Assembly: GCA_937960645.1 (NCBI GenBank)
Contig: CALGPJ010000009.1
Location: 4,522 to 68,521 of the forward strand
DNA: 64,000 bases
Reading direction: 5' to 3'
Source of the DNA: an uncultured Spirochaetia bacterium
GTDB lineage: Bacteria > Spirochaetota > Spirochaetia > JABEVK01
The notes under the pieces: generated by a model
Database searches by the model: none
Told to the model about the DNA's origin: nothing
Seen by the model: only the letters and a program-made list of their open reading frames with translations
Shown: positions 58,571 through 64,000 of the stretch, piece by piece
Layout of the letters: each line of letters begins with the position of its first letter
How positions within the stretch are numbered: the first letter of the stretch is position 1
Program-made: the position numbers and the translations under genes

Positions 58571-59931
58571 TCCAGCCTCTCGTGCGGCATGAGCCGCCTC
58601 TTGGGACGGAAATAGATCTTGGGAGAATACTCGTACAGGTCCGAAACTCGGGTCATATAGATGCAGGCAAATTCCTCGACCTGCCCGGCATAGCGGCTTT
58701 CCTCGTTGCCTGCCCTCAGGATCTCCCCCCAATGCGCGTTGAAGTGGGAGCGGTAGAGACCGACCTTTTCGGAGATCTCCTGGTTCAACCGGTCCACCTG
58801 CTGAAAAAGCTGCTCCAACCTGCTCCGATCCACCTCCCGGCCCTCGTAGCGCCTCAGATCGATTTGGTTGATTTCATGTTCGATCTTTTCTTTTTCGGTC
58901 ATCAGGGTGTCGATCTCGGCTTGAATCGATCGGGATTTACGGATACTGGCGATTTCGCTTTCCAAATCCTCCAGAACCAGGGCCGTCCGCCAATCGCAGC
59001 GTTTCTTGATCGAGACCACATCACCGTAGATGTGGTCTCCGATGTAGAGGATTTCCCTGCCATCCAGGCCCAGATCCCGCTGCAGGGGCTGAAACCATCC
59101 CCCTTGATAAATCCCCCGAACGATTTTTCCTTCGTGGTTGGACATCAGGCCGGTTTCGGGATCGACTTTGAGGAAGCGTCCCGGATATTCAAAAAACCGG
59201 GGTTTGTCCGCCAGAGTGATGACGATATCGAAGACGTCTCTCCAGGATCGGTGCTTCTTGAGATAGGGATCGATGGTGTGCTCCAGCAGGACCTTAGTGT
59301 AAGAGTAGTCCGAGTTGGTGATGATCATCAGCTTCTTCCCGTAGTCCTTGTACCTTTCCAAAAGCCCAGCCACCTTCGGATCGGTGACGATGAACTTATC
59401 CAGGTTCGCTCGCACCACGGACTTTACCGAGTTGTTGCGGTGCACCATATCCACGGCGTACAGGGCATCGTTGGAAAGATGGCCGTAATCCGGGAGATTT
59501 TCCCCACCCTCCTTGAGTTCCACCAGCATGGAAAACAAGACCCCGGCCGAAATGGCGAAGAGGGTGTCCAGGGGCTGAAAGTTCGGATCTCCCAGATCCA
59601 CCACCACATTCTGATACACCCGCTTCAAAGTGCGAAAATCCAATTGCTTCAAACCGTGGGCAGCCTGTTTGATCTTGCCGAAACGGCTGAGCTTGAGCAG
59701 GTTTCCCCGCTCCTTATCGATCACCAGGCCCACCGTGGCCCGGTCATAATCGAACACGAAGTCCCTGACCGCCGACGGATACCCCAGCTCGTCTACCAGA
59801 TAATTTTTGGCGTGCTGGAAGGTCAGCTCCTCGAAGGCACGCGAATAGTAGCGAACCAGGGTGTAATCCATGTCGAAGCCGATCATCTGGATCTGTTTCA
59901 GGTTGAGGGACCGATTGACGTACACGCTCAT
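58567..59931 (-). CDS. HAD-superfamily 5'-nucleotidase (cN-II/HAD-IG-like)
   Basis: IGFDMDYTL (DxDxT motif), family-level similarity to cytosolic purine 5'-nucleotidase. Confidence 0.65.
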   Translation of the reverse strand: MSVYVNRSLNLKQIQMIGFDMDYTLVRYYSRAFEELTFQHAKNYLVDELGYPSAVRDFVFDYDRATVGLVIDKERGNLLKLSRFGKIKQAAHGLKQLDFRTLKRVYQNVVVDLGDPNFQPLDTLFAISAGVLFSMLVELKEGGENLPDYGHLSNDALYAVDMVHRNNSVKSVVRANLDKFIVTDPKVAGLLERYKDYGKKLMIITNSDYSYTKVLLEHTIDPYLKKHRSWRDVFDIVITLADKPRFFEYPGRFLKVDPETGLMSNHEGKIVRGIYQGGWFQPLQRDLGLDGREILYIGDHIYGDVVSIKKRCDWRTALVLEDLESEIASIRKSRSIQAEIDTLMTEKEKIEHEINQIDLRRYEGREVDRSRLEQLFQQVDRLNQEISEKVGLYRSHFNAHWGEILRAGNEESRYAGQVEEFACIYMTRVSDLYEYSPKIYFRPKRRLMPHERLD

Positions 59932-59932
59932 G

Positions 59933-60418
59933 TTATTTTCCTAGCTCCTCGAGAAGTTGGCATTCTTGCAGTCGGAGATACAGGGGCTTTTCGTGGCCCT
60001 TGACGTTGGCTGTGTCGATTTGTTTTAAGGTGTTGTAGGCCTCGTAGGTCAACCTCGCCAGTACGCCCAGGTTTCCGGCAAAGTTTTCTGCACTCATCTG
60101 GGCGATAAGCTGGTCGTTCGGCGATTTGTTGCGGTATGCGGTCTTCACCAGAACGGTGATCTGATCGGTGAGCTGGCTGCGGGCCAGGCTGATGAACAGG
60201 GCCATAGCCCAGAGCATTTTGTACAGCTCGTCCAGGTGGTAGCCCTGCTGGCGAAAGGTCTGGTTTCTCTCGGTCAGCTCTTCGATGGAATTCCAGACCT
60301 CCCGCTCGAGGTGGAGCCTGTGGAACTCCGGTTTGATGTAAGGACTGGCGACATTCTGACGGTAGTGCTGGGCCAATTTTTCCAGCTGATGAAAAAGAAC
60401 GGTATGCTGTACCAGCAT
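59933..60418 (-). CDS. hypothetical protein (161 aa) between cNMP-binding protein and 5'-nucleotidase genes
   Basis: ORF only; tight spacing suggests one operon. Confidence 0.35.
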   Translation of the reverse strand: MLVQHTVLFHQLEKLAQHYRQNVASPYIKPEFHRLHLEREVWNSIEELTERNQTFRQQGYHLDELYKMLWAMALFISLARSQLTDQITVLVKTAYRNKSPNDQLIAQMSAENFAGNLGVLARLTYEAYNTLKQIDTANVKGHEKPLYLRLQECQLLEELGK

Positions 60419-60438
60419 GATCTAGGTCCCGACGTCCA

Positions 60439-61671
60439 TCATTTGGATTTACTGACCTGTCGCGCCTGGTTGATCTTGTCCATTTTGCGATAAAATTTGA
60501 CTTGTTTTTCGATTTCCCAGGTATCTGCAATCATGATTTTGTCTTGTGAGGCCTTGATGTTTGGATCCTTGAGAAGTTCCTTCAGGGCGCTGTTTCCTTC
60601 GGCGGCACTAACACCGACCATTTTGAGCAGCTCTTGAGTCCCAAAACTCAGCTGGTGGGACTGGCCCGATCGGATGGGGATGCGGCTTTTCTCTAATTGA
60701 ATAAGAATGACGTCGTAAAGGCGCCCGGTGAGGTTTTGCATGGTGGTATTCGCCAGCTGTTTGTAGATCAGCCAGATTCGATCGGCGAGGAGGGTGGTCA
60801 ATCGCGTGATGAGCTGGGGCTGCTTTTGGATCATTTGCTGAAAGTTGGCCCTGTTGACCACCAAAAGCTCGCTGTCCTCGTAGGCATCGGCGCTGGCCGA
60901 TCGGGCCTTGTTGTCCAAAAGAGCCATCTCGCCGAAGATATCCCCGGGTTTGAGCATGGCCAAAAGAACTTCCTTGTCGTTGACAATTTTGGAAATCTTG
61001 ACGCTGCCCTTTTGAATGATGTAAAGCTCGTTGCCCGGCTGCCCTTCCGAAAAGATCATGGTATCCTTGGGATAGGTCCGGTTGAATTCGTTGGCCGGAG
61101 CATCGAGGTAGGCCACCTTGGCGTAGGGTTTGATCTTGAGCATCCGCTCCTTGGCCAGGGCCACATTGGAACCGTTGGGGACATTCTTGATATATTGGTA
61201 ATAACTGTAGAAGGCCTGGTTGTACTTGCTTTGCTTCAGGTAATACTCGGCGACCTGAAAAAGGTGGTTGGGATCCTCGGTCTCGGCGCTGTTTTTCAGG
61301 GTCAGTTCGGTGAGCGCCTTGTCAAGGTGGCGCATCCTTTTGCTGAATCCCTGGATGATTTTGAGCGCGACCGGGGCGTTGCGCTCGATGAGTAAACCGT
61401 ACTGGTCACGGTGTACCTGAATGAGGGAAACATCGGTGAGGGCCTGGGCCGTTTCGATGTGGCTATGGTTGCTCATGGTACTGACCACGCCAAAAAAGTC
61501 GCCAGGGTTGAGGATGTCGGACTCTTCCTCCTGAACGATGCTCACCTCTTTGGAAATCCTGACCTTACCGCTGCGAATAATGTAAAAATGGTCCGCATTT
61601 TGTTTCCCCTCGACGATGATATACGCGTCTTTTTTGAAATTGACCAGGGTTAACTGAAGCGGATTATCCAT
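60439..61671 (-). CDS. tandem cyclic nucleotide-binding (cNMP) domain protein
   Basis: two CAP-family cNMP cassettes (DFFGVVSTMSNHSHIETAQA; GDIFGEMALLDNKARSASADA) separated by a helical segment; GGAG RBS. Confidence 0.65.
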   Translation of the reverse strand: MDNPLQLTLVNFKKDAYIIVEGKQNADHFYIIRSGKVRISKEVSIVQEEESDILNPGDFFGVVSTMSNHSHIETAQALTDVSLIQVHRDQYGLLIERNAPVALKIIQGFSKRMRHLDKALTELTLKNSAETEDPNHLFQVAEYYLKQSKYNQAFYSYYQYIKNVPNGSNVALAKERMLKIKPYAKVAYLDAPANEFNRTYPKDTMIFSEGQPGNELYIIQKGSVKISKIVNDKEVLLAMLKPGDIFGEMALLDNKARSASADAYEDSELLVVNRANFQQMIQKQPQLITRLTTLLADRIWLIYKQLANTTMQNLTGRLYDVILIQLEKSRIPIRSGQSHQLSFGTQELLKMVGVSAAEGNSALKELLKDPNIKASQDKIMIADTWEIEKQVKFYRKMDKINQARQVSKSK

Positions 61672-61711
61672 CGAATCTCCATTTAATTATAGGCAGCCGA
61701 TTCTTGCGCCG

Positions 61712-63007
61712 TCAATTCATTATCGGATCAAGAGGAAATCTTGAACAGAGCTTTTTCACCTCCTCTCCGACATTTTTCACCACCCCAGCATCCCCTTTGG
61801 ATTTCAACACATCGAGGATGAAACGGGCAATTTGCTCCATTTCCGCCTCTTTCATCCCCCGGGTGGTAACGGCCGGTGTGCCAATTCGGACACCAGAAGT
61901 CACCGCGGGACTTTGTTGGTCAAATGGTATCGCGTTTTTATTGACGGTGATGTGGGCCTGGTCCAGCCATTCCTGAGCCTCCTTCCCGGTGACACCCAGC
62001 GGTGTCAAATCGACACAAAAGAGGTGGTTATCGGTACCGCCGCTCACGATTCGGGCTCCGCCCTCCTTCATGAACTTCGCCAAAGCGCGGGAGTTGGCAA
62101 GGACATTCTTTTGATACTCGATGAATCCGGGAGTGGTCGCCTCGTGGAAGGCCACAGCCTTGGCCGCGATGATGTGCATGAGGGGTCCGCCCTGAATGCC
62201 CGGGAAGATGGTCCCGTCCAGAATTTCGCTCCAGGTTTTTTTGCGCCCACTCTTGGGGGCGATGATTCCGAGGGTGTTCTCCCCATCCCGGCCCACCAAA
62301 ACCAGCCCGCCGCGGGGACCGCGAAGGGTTTTGTGGGTTGTTGTGGTGGTGATGTGGCTGTGTGGGACCGGCGTCGGATAGAGGCCCGCGGCGACGAGTC
62401 CGGCCACGTGGGCCATGTCGGTCAACAGGATGGCCCCCACCTCGTCAGCGATGCGGCGAAATTGCTCGAAATCCAGGACCCTGCTGTAGGAGCTGAAGCC
62501 TGCAACGATCATCCTGGGACGGTGCTGCCGGGCAAGCTGGGCGATGTTGTCGTAATTCACCTGCTCGGTTTCACGGTCCACGCCGTACGATACCACTTTA
62601 TAAAGCTTGCCCGAAAAATTGGCCGGTGATCCATGGGTGAGGTGCCCGCCCTGGGCCAGGTCCATCCCAAGAATCGTGTCACCAGGCTTCAGAAAACTGA
62701 AATACACTCCCATGTTGGCCTGGGATCCACTGTGGGGCTGGACGTTGGCATAATCGGCCTGGAAAAGGATTTTGGCACGTTCTCGGGCGAGTTCCTCCAC
62801 CTCGTCGACATACTCACAACCGCCGTAATAACGCTTGCCCGGGTATCCCTCGGCGTACTTGTTGGTCAGGACGCTGCCGGCAGCTTCGAGTACCGCCCCG
62901 CTCACGATATTCTCCGAGGCGATGAGCTCGAGGTTGTGCTCCTGACGCATCCTTTCCCGATGCATCGCCTGAAAAAGCTCCGGGTCGAGTTTTTGAATTT
63001 TTTGCAT
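61712..63007 (-). CDS. glyA: serine hydroxymethyltransferase
   Basis: canonical SHMT sequence ([32 protein letters not shown]-Lys region); ATG 63007 with AAGGGGA RBS. Confidence 0.95.
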   Translation of the reverse strand: MQKIQKLDPELFQAMHRERMRQEHNLELIASENIVSGAVLEAAGSVLTNKYAEGYPGKRYYGGCEYVDEVEELARERAKILFQADYANVQPHSGSQANMGVYFSFLKPGDTILGMDLAQGGHLTHGSPANFSGKLYKVVSYGVDRETEQVNYDNIAQLARQHRPRMIVAGFSSYSRVLDFEQFRRIADEVGAILLTDMAHVAGLVAAGLYPTPVPHSHITTTTTHKTLRGPRGGLVLVGRDGENTLGIIAPKSGRKKTWSEILDGTIFPGIQGGPLMHIIAAKAVAFHEATTPGFIEYQKNVLANSRALAKFMKEGGARIVSGGTDNHLFCVDLTPLGVTGKEAQEWLDQAHITVNKNAIPFDQQSPAVTSGVRIGTPAVTTRGMKEAEMEQIARFILDVLKSKGDAGVVKNVGEEVKKLCSRFPLDPIMN

Positions 63008-63018
63008 GGGGTCCCCTT

Positions 63019-64000
63019 TCAATAAAAACCTGTAACCTCGACAGCATGCCAGAAGATGCCTTCTTTATCAAGACCGCCTCCATCCCCCTTCGATTCCACT
63101 CCGATGACGGCCGACTCCCCCTGACGTTCTAAGACGAGGCGCTTGCCATCGAGCTCGGCAAAATAGGATCGCAGGGGATCGGCCGGACGCTGAAATCCCT
63201 CGGGAGAATAACCGGAACCCAGGTAGGGATCGGCCCCCACCCAGCCGACCCCGGGAAGGTAGAACTCCACCCAAACGTGGGGAACGAGTTGCCGCGTGGT
63301 GAGAACGAGAAAACCCCGGACCCAGCGGGCGGGGATTTTGGACGCACGAAGCAGGGCCACCAGGGCCTGAACTCCCTGAAGAACGCTTCCACGCCCGAGC
63401 CGCAGCGCATCCAGGGCAGTCGGGGGAGCGGGCTCGTTCCAACGGAAGTTTTGAGCCAGCCAATAATAGAGACCTCGGGCCCTCTTGTAGGGGCCCCTGG
63501 TGGGAGATGGCCAGCCACCGGTGTTGGTGGAAAGGGTGCGGACAAATTCGTTGTTCCAGGGTATTTCCTCGTCCGACAGGAGATAAGGGGCAATAGCGGG
63601 AAACACGGTGACTTCCGGGGTGTCATACGATCGCAGACGAAGGCTCGACTGAAAGGTCACATAAATGGCCTCCCAGTCCGCGACAATCTGTCCTCTGAGT
63701 CGGGCGGGTACCTTCCACCAGAGAACGCCCTGTTCCAGACTGGAGGTTCCTAACTCGTTTCCCGGCTGCCGCGCAACGATGAATCCCCGTTGCATCCAAT
63801 CCTCGGCGAAACCCATCACCGGCACGAGGCGGTCCGCCGACTCCCCGACGGTCCAATTGGCCTCTATCCTTCGAGCGAGCAGATACTGACGACCGTTTTT
63901 GAGTTCGAGGCTCCCTACCTGTGTGCCAATCTCGAAAAAAACACCGGAGGAGAAGCCCTCCCGGGTCAAAACACGCAGGGTCCCCGAGGTAGCCCCGGTG
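63019..64000 (-). CDS. transglutaminase-like superfamily protein, 5'-partial (continues beyond window end)
   Basis: Cys-His-Asp transglutaminase core region ([27 protein letters not shown]...[18 protein letters not shown]); open frame continues to 64000. Confidence 0.55.
   Translation of the reverse strand, partial: TGATSGTLRVLTREGFSSGVFFEIGTQVGSLELKNGRQYLLARRIEANWTVGESADRLVPVMGFAEDWMQRGFIVARQPGNELGTSSLEQGVLWWKVPARLRGQIVADWEAIYVTFQSSLRLRSYDTPEVTVFPAIAPYLLSDEEIPWNNEFVRTLSTNTGGWPSPTRGPYKRARGLYYWLAQNFRWNEPAPPTALDALRLGRGSVLQGVQALVALLRASKIPARWVRGFLVLTTRQLVPHVWVEFYLPGVGWVGADPYLGSGYSPEGFQRPADPLRSYFAELDGKRLVLERQGESAVIGVESKGDGGGLDKEGIFWHAVEVTGFY

Noticed and set aside
58216-60003. 595-aa + strand ORF
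   Set aside because: Antisense to the 5'-nucleotidase and the adjacent hypothetical gene. It has a low-complexity composition.

Overview
High-GC (~58-60%) bacterial chromosome segment that appears to come from a spirochete, gene-dense (~60 CDS) with one low-GC accessory island. Evidence for a spirochete: two tandem FlaB-type core flagellins (MIINHN... N-termini) followed by flaG, fliD and a hypothetical gene; a complete mevalonate-pathway operon in the Borrelia gene order (HMG-CoA synthase, IDI-2, HMG-CoA reductase, MVD, PMK, MVK); and groEL without an adjacent groES or CIRCE. Housekeeping content includes glnN (GS type III) with a sigma-54 promoter, miaB, metK inside a nucleotide-sugar/glycosyltransferase cluster (fcl, epimerase, GT1, manC), tsaE/tsaB, mnmA, rex-serC-serA, sodA/B-type SOD, glyA, a tRNA-Pro(GGG), a CDF transporter, an SRAP peptidase and a GH13 amylase. 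Accessory and signalling content that deserves a second look: (1) a ~1.8 kb low-GC island (24056-~25900) carrying vapBC bracketed by ~130-bp degenerate direct repeats, plus a frameshifted PD-(D/E)xK-like nuclease gene; (2) a co-oriented module CHASE2-adenylate cyclase -> FecR-domain protein -> membrane caspase-like (C14) peptidase -> SBBP beta-propeller lipoprotein, the last interrupted by a +1 frameshift at a G6 tract (candidate phase-variable site or homopolymer error); (3) a cAMP-related network (cyclase, two cNMP-binding proteins, one in an operon with a HAD-IG 5'-nucleotidase); (4) a sigma-54 activator lacking both REC and HTH domains; (5) a sigma-28 promoter on flaB1 only; (6) several genes with a TATAAT-like hexamer 6-8 nt upstream of the start and no SD, suggesting leaderless mRNAs; (7) a Rex operator upstream of rex. 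Many long antisense ORFs in the six-frame track are GC-driven artefacts and were rejected.
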